Virus genome (UHGV): UHGV-1361614 | DNA length: 60,498 bases | Strand: one strand, 5' to 3' | Source: a virus | Shown: piece by piece, positions 37,501-47,147 of the stretch | Position numbering within the stretch: the stretch's first letter is position 1 | Layout of the letters: every line of letters starts with the position of its first letter | Translations under genes and position numbers: made by a program | The notes under the pieces: model-generated | The model's input: only the letters and a program-made list of their open reading frames with translations | The model's database searches: none | What the model was told of the DNA's origin: nothing

Positions 37501-38821
37501 GCCCAGAAAACGCTTTTACCAGCTTGCTTTTAATCGATGATGCTAACGCAAGCACCGGTTTTTTGATAGCTTTTAACGGAGCAGACATGCCCGCAAATGA
37601 TTTTTGCGCCAGATATGCTGTTTCTTTCGCAGCTCGACCAATAAGTGGGATTTTTCCTACAACCCCTGGAATTGATTGTGCAAACGAAGCAATACCATTT
37701 TTAATTCCGCCCATAGCTTGACTGGCAACTGCTACCGATGTTTTTAATGCACTTTGGTTCGCAAGTCCAGGTGCTTGCCTAATGCTTCCGTCATCTGACT
37801 GAATTTTAATTCCAGCTGCAATTTGCGCTTGCTGGATATACTCTTTAGCAGAATTGGTAAGATATTTAAAGACATTACCATTTATGAGGTCCTTGAAAGA
37901 TTTAATCATTAAATCTTTCATATTCCGAAATTCACCAGCTAAATTACGGGTTTGCTGGCTGGCGTTCTCCAAGCCCTGTACTGTTTGTTGGAACATTTCA
38001 GGGTTATTTAAGGCCTGTCCGGCCTGCGCACCATATTCACTTACAGCCTGCGTCCAGTCTCTAATCTGTGCGGCTGACTCTCCAAATGTTGCAGCCATAG
38101 CATCAGCATTGTATTGCATATCAGAAACGGCTACTTTTACTGCGTCTTGAACTTCGGTAATGTTTTCCTTGACGTTATCTCCAAAAAGCTCTGATACATC
38201 ATGTACAACAAACATATCGTCAAATTTTGGAAATTCACCATCAATCGTACCTGTAAACTCATTGGGATTTGATTTTGTAGCTGCTACTTCTTGTGCCGCA
38301 GCAGCGGCTTCAATTTCAGCTTGTCTAAGAGCCTCAAGCTGTGATTTCAGGCTTTCAATCTGGTTTTCATACTTGACAACGCTTGCTACAGCCTTCTCGT
38401 ATGACTGACCGCCAGTATTTCCGGAAGCTTCTAATTCCTGCTGTTTCAGGCGTGCATTTGCTAAAGCATTAGTTAAAGAGTCTACTTTTTTTTGAATTTG
38501 CTTTTCAGTACCGGACATGGTAAATCCCTTACCAACTTCCGCATACTGCTTTCTAATCTCTTCTAATGACTTTGAAACATTCTTTGCAAGTCCAGACGTT
38601 TGATCCTTAATTTTTTTATTGATGGATGCAAGACTTTCTCCGCTATCCTGAGAAACCGCAGAGAAGCTTTTTCTAAGGTCAGATAAAGCAGAATTTTTTG
38701 TAAGCGCAGAAAGCCCTTCTGCTACCAGGCCTAATTTTTCAATAAGTTCATCAAGGCTTTCATTTGCCTCATCCGCCGTACTTTCAATTACTATCTCTAA
38801 AGAATCCACTTCTGCTCCCAT
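34556..38821 (-). CDS. tail tape measure protein
   Basis: 1421 aa; coiled-coil N-terminus; long A/G/S-rich low-complexity core; preceded by the chaperone pair. Confidence 0.85.
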   Translation of the reverse strand: MGAEVDSLEIVIESTADEANESLDELIEKLGLVAEGLSALTKNSALSDLRKSFSAVSQDSGESLASINKKIKDQTSGLAKNVSKSLEEIRKQYAEVGKGFTMSGTEKQIQKKVDSLTNALANARLKQQELEASGNTGGQSYEKAVASVVKYENQIESLKSQLEALRQAEIEAAAAAQEVAATKSNPNEFTGTIDGEFPKFDDMFVVHDVSELFGDNVKENITEVQDAVKVAVSDMQYNADAMAATFGESAAQIRDWTQAVSEYGAQAGQALNNPEMFQQTVQGLENASQQTRNLAGEFRNMKDLMIKSFKDLINGNVFKYLTNSAKEYIQQAQIAAGIKIQSDDGSIRQAPGLANQSALKTSVAVASQAMGGIKNGIASFAQSIPGVVGKIPLIGRAAKETAYLAQKSFAGMSAPLKAIKKPVLALASSIKSKLVKAFSGLTGASKGTHNSLLKNLGTILRYAIGVRTLFALVNKLRKAFTDGMQNLVKYSNETNTSMSLLMNSTNQLKNSVAAAGAPILNALAPALNTIIQMCINAANAVNQLFSALTGHGTWIKATKQTQDYAKSLGGASKAADDLKTHTLGIDELNVVDQNKNGGSGGSGGGASAADMFETQDIDSKYKEWADKIKAMWNAGDFTELGSAVGTWLKNGLDSIPWDGIQESARKIASSIGTFINGFVETEGLATSIGTTIGQAVNTAVDFANTLLDVTHWDSIGKFIGEGLNGIVNSVQWDELGQMFANGLNAAFTVLENAATTFDWTNFGSGLALSLNTFASTFSWSGAASSLSSVVTGLLDTLIALLDETDWGAFGEGVMDFLVGIDWEGLAERLVSSAVLIVEGLYGFLADAITSVNWQQIGISIVNELIKIVTTIDYAGLVSSAYTYLGAAIGASFALAAGVGQAVWNQLVAGFNATIAYFDTYIQAAGGNIIQGLYNGIVDALKSVGQWIIDNIFTPFIDGFKAAFGIHSPSTVMADMGGYLMEGLINGIKDGWNNIKESVGTVAQSVIDKFKDILGIHSPSTVMDENGVYLIEGLQNGISGTINDVYDIFSESKWKEIGQGMLDGLIKPFESSNGIDTISTFATDVYNTISDTLSESQFSTIGTTAVSGLASSFTTTALDPIFGNLETSLMNAWNQAAVWWSGTAMPTFFSANVSPWFTTEKWKTTTDGMKTGLIAKWDEFVSQWKTKTNTWWNTNVKTWFTVEKWKEQGDHFKTALLDKWAEFETQWNTNINNWFTNNVSTWFTKEKWEPFGTNMKDGIYSGFKGIVKEVGDLVNGMIDVFNTGLSRIAESMNDLISDYNEAAKEMEEDTISHVSFRSIAHVDIPKYSVGGFPEDGLFFANHNEMVGQFSNGKTAVANNEQIVAGITAGVKAAVVDVLAPYLSQIADNTKETAEKNMSISLDGRELVSGVNSRISRNGFSFT

Positions 38822-38887
38822 TTCGCACCTCTTTTCTGTAAAATAAAAAAAGAGGGAGATAAGTGATTAAACCTATCTCCCTAAAGT

Positions 38888-39664
38888 TTAAAAAATTCCT
38901 ACATCTTGCCTTCCTTCTGAATTTGTAAGATATAATGCGCACTCATATGGGTGCCCTGATCTTGGCTCGAAATAATACCAGTTTCCGCCTATTTCTTGCC
39001 AGCCCGTCACTGCATAGCCGTCATTGTTGAAATAATACTTATGATTGTTGATAACTTGCCAACATTTTTTGAAATATGTTGATTTCGTATCCGCATACCA
39101 CCAACCAGAACTATCATGATTCCACCCAGGAGTATACTCATTGCTTTCTGCAAGAGTCCAATCCGGTCTTCCGTATCCATCAATTCTGCTATTATTAAGG
39201 TTATATGACTTTTCACATACAGCACCGCCGTTGGGTACTACTTCTGCACCACTACTGGTATTGCCTTCAATCGTATAAACCTTTCCGCCAGAAACTTTTG
39301 TAACAATTCCTGTATGGCAAATTCTTGATGAATTGCGGAAAAAAATCTGATCCCCTGGTTTTGGATCAGATTTATGGTATTGGCCCTTATTTTTGAAATA
39401 CTGTGCGGATGTAGGTGTATAGGCGCTAAAACCGCCCAACAATTGTTTGGCTTTTACTAAACCAAAAGCCTGTACAAAGCACCAATCTACAAACATGTCA
39501 CACCAAGCTTGACCTTGAAGTGATGGATAAATGTCCCTGGCATACTTTGTAAAATTATTGCTGCCTGCATTATCGGTTTTGCTTTCCAAAGAAGATTTTG
39601 TTTTCTTTTCAAGATAACCAACTTCTGCTTTGGCAATTTCAATTATTTTTTCAACTGCACTCAT
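38888..39664 (-). CDS. CHAP-domain peptidoglycan hydrolase with C-terminal cell-wall-binding repeats
   Basis: Cys in QGQAWCDMFVDW and a His in ICHTGIV form a CHAP-like Cys/His arrangement; C-terminal GWQEIGGNWYYF-type repeats. Confidence 0.7.
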   Translation of the reverse strand: MSAVEKIIEIAKAEVGYLEKKTKSSLESKTDNAGSNNFTKYARDIYPSLQGQAWCDMFVDWCFVQAFGLVKAKQLLGGFSAYTPTSAQYFKNKGQYHKSDPKPGDQIFFRNSSRICHTGIVTKVSGGKVYTIEGNTSSGAEVVPNGGAVCEKSYNLNNSRIDGYGRPDWTLAESNEYTPGWNHDSSGWWYADTKSTYFKKCWQVINNHKYYFNNDGYAVTGWQEIGGNWYYFEPRSGHPYECALYLTNSEGRQDVGIF

Positions 39665-39675
39665 AAAGCCTCCTT

Positions 39676-40020
39676 TTAATCCGGTCCTTCTGGCAATCCG
39701 GACTGTCTTAATAAGTTAATTCTTTGTTTCATCTCATAAACAGCGCATTCCTCGCTAGATTCTGCATTTGTATTCTCTGAACTGCCCATAAATCTACCCA
39801 TAACCGGATGTTTAGTATATTGAGACCTTGATTTTTTGCCCGCCAAATTGCGCTCTATAGCAGTTCCAACAGCAGATAAGCCATAAGCTCCCCACTGCAT
39901 CCAAGCCTCAGTATCCCTTTGTTTGCGTTCAAGAATATATGCATCCGCATACGGTTGCAAGTCCGTTGGACATGAGCTATCTATTTCCGGTACTGTTAAT
40001 CCATAACCTTTAGACACCAT
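39676..40020 (-). CDS. hypothetical protein (possible -1 frameshift partner of the tail assembly chaperone)
   Basis: 114 aa; lies between the chaperone and the CHAP gene. Confidence 0.35.
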   Translation of the reverse strand: MVSKGYGLTVPEIDSSCPTDLQPYADAYILERKQRDTEAWMQWGAYGLSAVGTAIERNLAGKKSRSQYTKHPVMGRFMGSSENTNAESSEECAVYEMKQRINLLRQSGLPEGPD

Positions 40021-40061
40021 TAGCCAATACGGCCTGATTTCTTTGCAGTACGTCTGCCAAG

Positions 40062-40478
40062 TTAATTCTCTTTGTTCTCCGGAGGTTCCGGCGCCGCCTG
40101 AGGCTCCTTCATTTTCTTTGATTTGAACATTTTGGATAAAAAACCATTATCAAAAAGCTCCTTCTGTAAAACCGCAAACAAAGCCTGAATATCTCCATCT
40201 TCTCCGTCAAAGTAATCATCAAGAAGGCCATACATCTCTTCCAGACGCGCATTTTTCTGCTCTAAGTTTTGAGGATCATAACCATATTCGTTTTTATGGT
40301 ATTTTTGTAAACCAACTAAAAGCATTTCTGGCACAAACAATAAAATCTTTTCCACAGTTTCTATGTCTTCAGAAACCTTATCTATATTCATCAGTTCGCG
40401 AATAATGCCAGACTTGATTGTAGCTTCGTAACCATATTTAATTTTTAGCTCTTTATCTCCAAATTTAAGTGTTGTCAT
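40062..40478 (-). CDS. tail assembly chaperone (gpG-like)
   Basis: 138 aa, acidic; sits between the major tail and tape measure genes. Confidence 0.5.
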   Translation of the reverse strand: MTTLKFGDKELKIKYGYEATIKSGIIRELMNIDKVSEDIETVEKILLFVPEMLLVGLQKYHKNEYGYDPQNLEQKNARLEEMYGLLDDYFDGEDGDIQALFAVLQKELFDNGFLSKMFKSKKMKEPQAAPEPPENKEN

Positions 40479-40626
40479 TTTAAGTCCTTTCCCTTATATC
40501 AATGTGTAAGAAAAGGGAGGTAAAATACCTCCCGTAATTTTTAGCCGCTTTCGCCATCCTCATTGCTTTACTCTGGATAAAGATTAGTTTCCGGCAGCAA
40601 AGTATCAGAAGGATACAAAGGATGGC

Positions 40627-41127
40627 TTATCCTTTTTTTGTTAAAGTAATAGATGTTGGATATCCATTGGCATCCTCGACGACTTCTACGTCGTAATCAT
40701 CCTCGATCCACTTCGGAACAGTCTGAACAGATACCGTTGCTGTACCGGTCAGATGATCATCTGATGCCTCACCTGGTGCAAATGACTCTTGACCAATAAA
40801 TGCACAAATGCCTTCAGAACCTTTACCATCAGTTCCGTAAAGGATAATGAAATCAAGCTTCTGTCCTTCGTTTGCTACCATTTCATCTTTGTACTTCTTT
40901 TCAAAAGCACCTTCTACTTCCATAGATCCAGCAGATCTTCTACCCATTTCCTGTGTTTCTACAAGATCTTCAAGGGTAGATGTATCTACCATATTCTGAG
41001 ATCCGAATGGAGAAGGAATGCTTTTCGCTTTCATCAGAAGTTTATAAGTTCCTGCCCAATATTCTCCTGATGTCGGATTGGAATTAATAGTTTTATAAGC
41101 AATCCTACTTTTTAAACCTGTAGCCAT
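40627..41127 (-). CDS. major tail protein
   Basis: 166 aa; its position and composition are typical of siphovirus major tail proteins. Confidence 0.55.
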   Translation of the reverse strand: MATGLKSRIAYKTINSNPTSGEYWAGTYKLLMKAKSIPSPFGSQNMVDTSTLEDLVETQEMGRRSAGSMEVEGAFEKKYKDEMVANEGQKLDFIILYGTDGKGSEGICAFIGQESFAPGEASDDHLTGTATVSVQTVPKWIEDDYDVEVVEDANGYPTSITLTKKG

Positions 41128-41182
41128 GCCAATTACCTCCTAAATTTTTGTAAAAAAATAAGAGCCATACGCTCTTTATGTG

Positions 41183-41596
41183 TTACAATATGTCATTTGC
41201 ACTTATAATGCGTCGCACTCTCATAGTGCTTCTGTACGTTTCGCCGGTCCCATCAAATTCCGGCATCGCCGTTACTTTAAAGCATAGTCGTTTAAATTCA
41301 TCAGCCACTATCGCCATGACCTTATTGGCATCGTTCTGACTTGTATTGGTAATCACATCAATCTGGAATGTTTCCTGCACTGCGTTTATGGAGAAACCTT
41401 CAAGGTCTGATGCTTTTTCAACTCCTGGAAGCTCATGGATATAGACCGTTGGGAATACTGCTTTAGAAGTGTTTTTTTCAATGTCAGTAATATAGACACT
41501 AGGATACTTAGATTTCAGCTTTTCATAGGCCCTTGATTTTACAATAGAAAATATCTTCTTTTCTAAATCATAGGCCCACTGATTTACGCTAATCAC
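41183..41596 (-). CDS. tail completion / head-tail joining protein
   Basis: Synteny only. Confidence 0.4.
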   Translation of the reverse strand: MISVNQWAYDLEKKIFSIVKSRAYEKLKSKYPSVYITDIEKNTSKAVFPTVYIHELPGVEKASDLEGFSINAVQETFQIDVITNTSQNDANKVMAIVADEFKRLCFKVTAMPEFDGTGETYRSTMRVRRIISANDIL

Positions 41597-42147
41597 TTTC
41601 CAAACACCTCCCTAGCCGTTTCAACAATCTTATCCATGAGTTCATTCGCTGTATTGTACATGAATGGTCTGCTTGGCATACCTTTTGTGATATGAATCTT
41701 TCCGTCCTTGCCAACATAGCTCCAATAATACTCACCAGCCTTAACAAACGTGCTGCCATGAATTACAATGTCATTTAATGCCTGGCGAATAGTTTTACCT
41801 GTATTGTATGACCATGAGATACCTTCCGGAAATCCATACGGATATGGGGACTGCTGTCCTACTTGGCCTGTACCAAATTCTACGAACAACGCATGATCTG
41901 TCCCAGCCACAACAGCCCATACGCCGTTTCCTTTGTCTTCAGAGTGAATACTATTAAGCAGTTCACTGGTAAATACCGCATCAAGGTCAACAATCTCTGC
42001 TCTGGCAATCTCTACGCCCTTTTCAGCCAGCCTTTGACTAAGCAGGTTGCATTTATCCTTTAATTCTTTTTTGTAAGCTTCTAAGGCGTTTATAGCCTGT
42101 CTAATAGACTTTTTAGAAAGACTAAATTTAATTTCATGCCTTGTCAT
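41593..42147 (-). CDS. head-tail joining protein
   Basis: Synteny only. Confidence 0.4.
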   Translation of the reverse strand: MTRHEIKFSLSKKSIRQAINALEAYKKELKDKCNLLSQRLAEKGVEIARAEIVDLDAVFTSELLNSIHSEDKGNGVWAVVAGTDHALFVEFGTGQVGQQSPYPYGFPEGISWSYNTGKTIRQALNDIVIHGSTFVKAGEYYWSYVGKDGKIHITKGMPSRPFMYNTANELMDKIVETAREVFGK

Positions 42148-42572
42148 TATTTCACTACTTTTTGCAGAAGAAATAGGTCTACAGTTAAACCTTCATCCGC
42201 AACACCTTTTACGATATAATCCGCTGATAATGGGTCTGTATTTCCGTCAGAGTCATTTAAAACTCCAGAACGTTTCCAGACCACATCTCCGGCTTTTAAC
42301 GGTAAATAGCCTTTATCTGTCACAATTTGGACATACGTAGATGAGTCATCAATACCAAATTCCTTTACCAGAACTTCGCTTAACTTATTGCTAATATTCG
42401 CAAAAAATTCTACCGGCTTAGAAAATCCTACCTTTTCATCAGCAATGATCGGTATTTTGTTTCCTTCACTGTCCACGTAGTATTTAATGCTTCCGTCATC
42501 TTCTTTTTCATATATAGTGATACGCTGTCCCTGACGGGAATACTGCATTTTTTGTTTGTTGATATCAAGCAT
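42147..42572 (-). CDS. head-tail joining protein
   Basis: Synteny only. Confidence 0.4.
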   Translation of the reverse strand: MLDINKQKMQYSRQGQRITIYEKEDDGSIKYYVDSEGNKIPIIADEKVGFSKPVEFFANISNKLSEVLVKEFGIDDSSTYVQIVTDKGYLPLKAGDVVWKRSGVLNDSDGNTDPLSADYIVKGVADEGLTVDLFLLQKVVK

Positions 42573-42834
42573 CTTTTTTTACCTGCTTATAAATCTGGTT
42601 TACGCCGGTGCTTGCAAGACCGCTTACAATTCCAACTGCAACAGCTGTCATAATGTCTGTTGCCGGGAAATCTGGAATGACGTACATTCCAGCAGCGCCA
42701 AGTGCGCCACCAACAGCACCAACAATTACCGGAATGTAATTGTCTTTAACTCCATCAATGGTCTTTGCTCCAAGACCAACCAAATAGCAGATAATCACAA
42801 TCGCTAATGATGTTCCGACTTGTGTAATATCCAT
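42565..42834 (-). CDS. holin
   Basis: 89 aa; two hydrophobic helices (LAIVIICYLVGLG; IPVIVGAVGGALGAAGMYVI); charged C-terminus KQVKKDA. Confidence 0.6.
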   Translation of the reverse strand: MDITQVGTSLAIVIICYLVGLGAKTIDGVKDNYIPVIVGAVGGALGAAGMYVIPDFPATDIMTAVAVGIVSGLASTGVNQIYKQVKKDA

Positions 42835-43139
42835 CAGTCTTTGCCTCCTTTTTTAAAGTGCAATTCTTGAATTTCTTTATACATTTTTGTAATCATTCCA
42901 TTTCCACCCAAAGCATGATAAGCGTCATACATTTCGGAAAAATTATCATAAGCATATGAAGGAATTTCTCCCTCTTTCATATACTTGCTGTGATACTCAA
43001 TTAACTGCACGCGCAGCAAAAGCATGGTACCTTTGCTGTTTGCATCTCTGTCTTTCTTTTGCTGTTGCAAAAGCCAAACAATGTACCCCAAAATCACTGG
43101 CAATGCCAATGTATATGTCTGTAGTAATATTTCTTTCAT
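42834..43139 (-). CDS. membrane protein (single N-terminal TM), possible holin partner
   Basis: LALPVILGYIVWLL helix then a basic stretch; stop overlaps the holin start. Confidence 0.4.
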   Translation of the reverse strand: MKEILLQTYTLALPVILGYIVWLLQQQKKDRDANSKGTMLLLRVQLIEYHSKYMKEGEIPSYAYDNFSEMYDAYHALGGNGMITKMYKEIQELHFKKGGKD

Positions 43140-43266
43140 TTCTTAGCTCCTGCTGCTGTAAAAATCGCACACCGCCCACCGCCACCATAAAGTGTGCCCC
43201 TGCTACGTCTTGTTGATCCCAGCAAAACGTAACGCGCAATCTTCTAAACTCCTCGAAATCAAAGAG

Positions 43267-43629
43267 TTATAAAACCTTTATAAACGGATATACCCCAGCC
43301 AGAAGGCTATCACGATCTTTCCAGTTCCTGCTTACTCCGTTCTCTGTATAAGATGCCATATAGGCCTCACCAGCCTGTGATCTGTCATAGATAGCCAAAT
43401 TTACAATAACACTTTCATATTTCTTCATGTCATTTTCGATTTGCTCATTTGTATAACTCTCCGGGTACATCCGCCGGTTCATGACTTCATCCGTTGCCTG
43501 AGCAATCAGCTGTTCCAATAATGGATTTTCCTCTTTATGGTCAAACACAGCAATGTCAGCTCCGGAGCTATCATCGATATGAAATTGTTTCAGCCGGATT
43601 TTTACCTGCTCCAATACCGTATATGCCAT
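43267..43629 (-). CDS. head-tail connector / DNA-packaging protein (gp6-like)
   Basis: 120 aa; position immediately after the capsid genes. Confidence 0.5.
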   Translation of the reverse strand: MAYTVLEQVKIRLKQFHIDDSSGADIAVFDHKEENPLLEQLIAQATDEVMNRRMYPESYTNEQIENDMKKYESVIVNLAIYDRSQAGEAYMASYTENGVSRNWKDRDSLLAGVYPFIKVL

Positions 43630-43637
43630 AAAGCCTC

Positions 43638-43877
43638 CTAAAGTCCAAACAAGTTGATAAAATACTCTTTCAATGCTGATCCTGTCATAGATTCATATCC
43701 TACAACTTCATTTTCAGCAGCGAGAGACTTTAAATCGTCAGTACTCATTCTGTTAATTTCAGTTTTGGTAAACGCTTTGCCATCAAAAGGTAACGAAGCG
43801 GTTTTTACCGCTTCATCAATTTTTTCACCTGCGTGATACCATTTTCCATTGCGTTTTACTGTGTATTCCGCAACCAT
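43638..43877 (-). CDS. hypothetical head protein
   Basis: 79 aa. Confidence 0.35.
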   Translation of the reverse strand: MVAEYTVKRNGKWYHAGEKIDEAVKTASLPFDGKAFTKTEINRMSTDDLKSLAAENEVVGYESMTGSALKEYFINLFGL

Positions 43878-43888
43878 TCAGGCACCTC

Positions 43889-44983
43889 CTACGCAACTTT
43901 CATAACAACAACGCTGTCCATTCCTTCAAAAGTCGGCAGACCAATCATAGATACTACGCAGTGAGTATTGATTGGATGATTGGTAGCATAGGTATATACA
44001 GCAACTCCAGTTTCTACAATAGAAAGGTTGCCATCAGTAAGGCTTCCGCTTCTTTCTTCAGGTGTTCTGCCAAATACATAATCTCCAAGGTACACGCCGC
44101 CGGAAGTAGCAGAAATAATTCCTGTAGGGATAAAATATTTGGTCTGTCCGTCAGTTGGGTCAACATAAAGCTTATCGTAAACCTCAATCTCAATGCCATA
44201 TCCTCTTAAATATTCGGCAACCTGAGACTGCTGTAAACGAATTCCGCCGTTATATGCGGTAATTCCAAGTACTTGCTTTTTGGTGTCCTCTGCCTTTAAT
44301 ACCATTTCCCAAGTTTCAGTGTTCATGGTAAATCTGGTCAAAGAATATCCAGTTTTTTTAGCAAAGTTTCTTCTTTCTTCAATCAGATCATCTAATGGTG
44401 TAGCTGTCGCAGATGCGGACCATTTATCTGAGGAGCTTCCAGAAATATCCACAAAGTGATCCTTCTTATGCTCGGTGCCATCATCTTCCGTATAGCCAAT
44501 ATCGTATGTTTTAGATCCAATATTGACAGTTACTTTAGGGACACCATCAGAAGGAGCAAGTAACTGCCAGATTTGCCTTTCTGGAACAACTCTAGCCCCT
44601 TCAATTAACATCATCGGCTTCTTGCTGATTTCTCTAAGAACCTGATTTGCCATGCTTGAGTTTTCTGCTGACTGATAATTTGCATAATCCTGTTCTTCTT
44701 TTTCAGTCACCATATAAGACTCTCTGTAAAATGGCATGCTATTCTGAATGTCTGAAAATCCGCCAACATCTCTTAACTCTGCCTGTGCATCAAAATTGGA
44801 TGCTTTAAGAGATACAGGAAGACCACTTTTCCCTTTAATAAATCTTAAATCCAGGCTATCTTGTTTTCTGGTTCCGAATTTCTGCCGTCCAAGGTACGGT
44901 GCTGCACCAAGAGTTTTTTCATAATTATTCCACATTACTCCCAGACTTCTGGCAGTAAAGGCTTCTGCTAAAGGTAATGCCAT
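43889..44983 (-). CDS. major capsid protein
   Basis: 364 aa; follows the scaffold gene; typical size. Confidence 0.7.
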   Translation of the reverse strand: MALPLAEAFTARSLGVMWNNYEKTLGAAPYLGRQKFGTRKQDSLDLRFIKGKSGLPVSLKASNFDAQAELRDVGGFSDIQNSMPFYRESYMVTEKEEQDYANYQSAENSSMANQVLREISKKPMMLIEGARVVPERQIWQLLAPSDGVPKVTVNIGSKTYDIGYTEDDGTEHKKDHFVDISGSSSDKWSASATATPLDDLIEERRNFAKKTGYSLTRFTMNTETWEMVLKAEDTKKQVLGITAYNGGIRLQQSQVAEYLRGYGIEIEVYDKLYVDPTDGQTKYFIPTGIISATSGGVYLGDYVFGRTPEERSGSLTDGNLSIVETGVAVYTYATNHPINTHCVVSMIGLPTFEGMDSVVVMKVA

Positions 44984-45003
44984 ATTTTATTTCCTCCTTC
45001 CGA

Positions 45004-45348
45004 TTAGATACTTGCGATTTTTGGCGCGCCGTAAAAAGTAACTCTTGGTGTCGCTTTTCTCGCAGCGTCTGAAATCGTCAGGCTCTTAACTTTCTTCCAG
45101 TCAACTGTTCCCTGGTAAACGTATGTACCCGGTGCATCGCCCTGAGTTACATCGACATCTTCTAAAAGGTATCCAAGACACTCATCGTCATTGGACGGCC
45201 ATGGTGTGCCCGCCGGAACAATCTTGTTCCCATTCGCATCTGCGCTAGATACTGCGGACTGCGGTACCAGACATGCAGCTCCTTCATACGGGAAGAACTT
45301 CAAGATGCCCTTACTTTGCCCAAAATTCCTAATAATAGGTTTTCCCAT
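45004..45348 (-). CDS. hypothetical head protein (possibly decoration)
   Basis: 114 aa, between scaffold and capsid. Confidence 0.4.
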   Translation of the reverse strand: MGKPIIRNFGQSKGILKFFPYEGAACLVPQSAVSSADANGNKIVPAGTPWPSNDDECLGYLLEDVDVTQGDAPGTYVYQGTVDWKKVKSLTISDAARKATPRVTFYGAPKIASI

Positions 45349-45361
45349 GATTATTTCCTCC

Positions 45362-45919
45362 TTAAATCACATAATGGTTTTGTGCTTCTTGAGAAGCAGC
45401 CTTATTTCCAAAGCAAATTGTTTCTGCATTGGCTACATCAGGAGTTTTTTCTCCATCTTTATTGCCACCAGTGCTTCCTCCAGGAATAGCTTGGTTTTTA
45501 GCGATTTCCTGTTCTTTTGCCTGTGCAGCAGCTATTTCTTTGTCAGACATAATTTTTCCAAGCTCAACACAATCAAAACTTCCATCATCTTTCACAACCG
45601 CTTTGGCCTGTTCAGCAGTAATCTTGAAATTGGTCATTGCAACCTCTCTCTGGTCTCTAATGGCATTGTTCTTCTGTAGGTCGGCAATAGTCTTGTTTGC
45701 CGCTTCCAGAGCCTTGTTGACTTTTTCAACCTCAGAAAGATTACCTGCCTCCAAGTCATCAATTCTTTTCTGAAGATCAGCCGCTTTGTCCGCATCAGCC
45801 TTGTAAGTCTTTGCTTTTTCTTTTTCCCTAGCGACTTCGCTGTTGTTTTGATTTAACAGGTTTGTAATCTGATCATCGGTTGCATCCGGAAAAAGTTTTA
45901 AAATCTGTTCTCTTGTCAT
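45362..45919 (-). CDS. scaffolding protein
   Basis: 185 aa, strongly helical, A/K/E-rich coiled-coil composition. Confidence 0.6.
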   Translation of the reverse strand: MTREQILKLFPDATDDQITNLLNQNNSEVAREKEKAKTYKADADKAADLQKRIDDLEAGNLSEVEKVNKALEAANKTIADLQKNNAIRDQREVAMTNFKITAEQAKAVVKDDGSFDCVELGKIMSDKEIAAAQAKEQEIAKNQAIPGGSTGGNKDGEKTPDVANAETICFGNKAASQEAQNHYVI

Positions 45920-46034
45920 AAAAAATTACCTCCATTACTCACGCTTTTGTTTCCGCAGGTCGCTCCTGCTGAGTTTCCTATTTACCGCATAGGTGCAAAT
46001 TTTTATAAGAAAAAAGCAACCCTAAAAAGGTTGC

Positions 46035-46655
46035 TTAATCTTTCGTGTATCTTAAAGAGCATCGACAATTAATAATTTCCTCCGGGAAAGCATCTGCCCC
46101 TAAAGAAGTGTCTCTTGGAAACATCATTTGTGTTTTTCCAACGTCAAAATGCTCAAAAATACCTATTTTCTGTTCATCTAATCTGATATGTGTGTGCCGA
46201 ACACGACCATCTTTCATCGTGCACCAAGTCTTGAACCGGTATCCCTGTTTTACCATTTCTACCTGTTCCCGATAGTTTCCAACAGAATTAGCTTCATTGG
46301 CTGCCAGAAGCATTGCTCTGTCTTTCGACAAGTAATACTCGCTGTCGATATTATTCAATGTGGTGTCAACAATCGACTTTGTTGCCCGTGCAGCGTATTC
46401 CGTAATATATGCCGGAGTTTCTTTTATATCCATATACTTTGTGGCTATCTGGCAATATTTATCATCAATGTACTGGTAACAGCTGTCTGCATTTTCATCT
46501 TCTTGTACTGCCATTGCAAACAGAAGTAAAAATGCATCCTCAAACTTGTGAGCAAGTTGAATGCGGTCTTTTTTTTCTTTTTCAGAAAGTTCCATTTCTC
46601 CAAAATATTGCTCATATGAAGCTATATTCAATTCATCATTTTTAGTTATTGCCAT
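46035..46655 (-). CDS. head morphogenesis protein (SPP1 gp7 / Mu F-like)
   Basis: C-terminal VRHTH...CRC pattern of the Mu-F/gp7 family. Confidence 0.65.
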   Translation of the reverse strand: MAITKNDELNIASYEQYFGEMELSEKEKKDRIQLAHKFEDAFLLLFAMAVQEDENADSCYQYIDDKYCQIATKYMDIKETPAYITEYAARATKSIVDTTLNNIDSEYYLSKDRAMLLAANEANSVGNYREQVEMVKQGYRFKTWCTMKDGRVRHTHIRLDEQKIGIFEHFDVGKTQMMFPRDTSLGADAFPEEIINCRCSLRYTKD

Positions 46656-46895
46656 ATTTGCCCCATAAAAAAGGCTACTACCGATTATCTCAGTAATAGT
46701 CCTAAATAATTGAGTTCTTTTTGAACCACCATCTTAATCCTATCTTTTTTAAATTTGTACCACTCGCAACTTTTCCAGCTGGTAAAATATCATTTCCAGG
46801 ATACAATATGTCAGTCGGATACAGACCTTCAGAAACAATTTGCTCTTTAAGAAACAATTTATTTACGAGCATATCGTTCAAAATTCCAACCATAA

Positions 46896-47147
46896 CTACT
46901 CTCCTTGTGGATACCATGTTTTTGAACTAGACTCATAAACATAAACTGTGCTAGTGTCTGCTGCAAGAGCTGCACTGCCACTTGAAAGGTCGTCATAAGT
47001 TGGGAGTTTGCTTAAGTCCTTGCTTGCAAACACATAATTTCTGACATTTCCATTTGTTTGAATGCAAGTTATGCTTCCTAAATCAGGCACATCTTGTCCT
47101 GGTTTGTAAACTTGGCCATCTTGCGTTACGGTATGATCATATTTCAT
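46896..47147 (-). CDS. hypothetical protein
   Basis: 83 aa; overlaps the portal stop. Confidence 0.35.
   Translation of the reverse strand: MKYDHTVTQDGQVYKPGQDVPDLGSITCIQTNGNVRNYVFASKDLSKLPTYDDLSSGSAALAADTSTVYVYESSSKTWYPQGE

Noticed and set aside
42997-43239. 80-aa ORF overlapping the start of the holin-partner gene
   Set aside because: It sits in an alternative frame of a well-supported gene and has no RBS.
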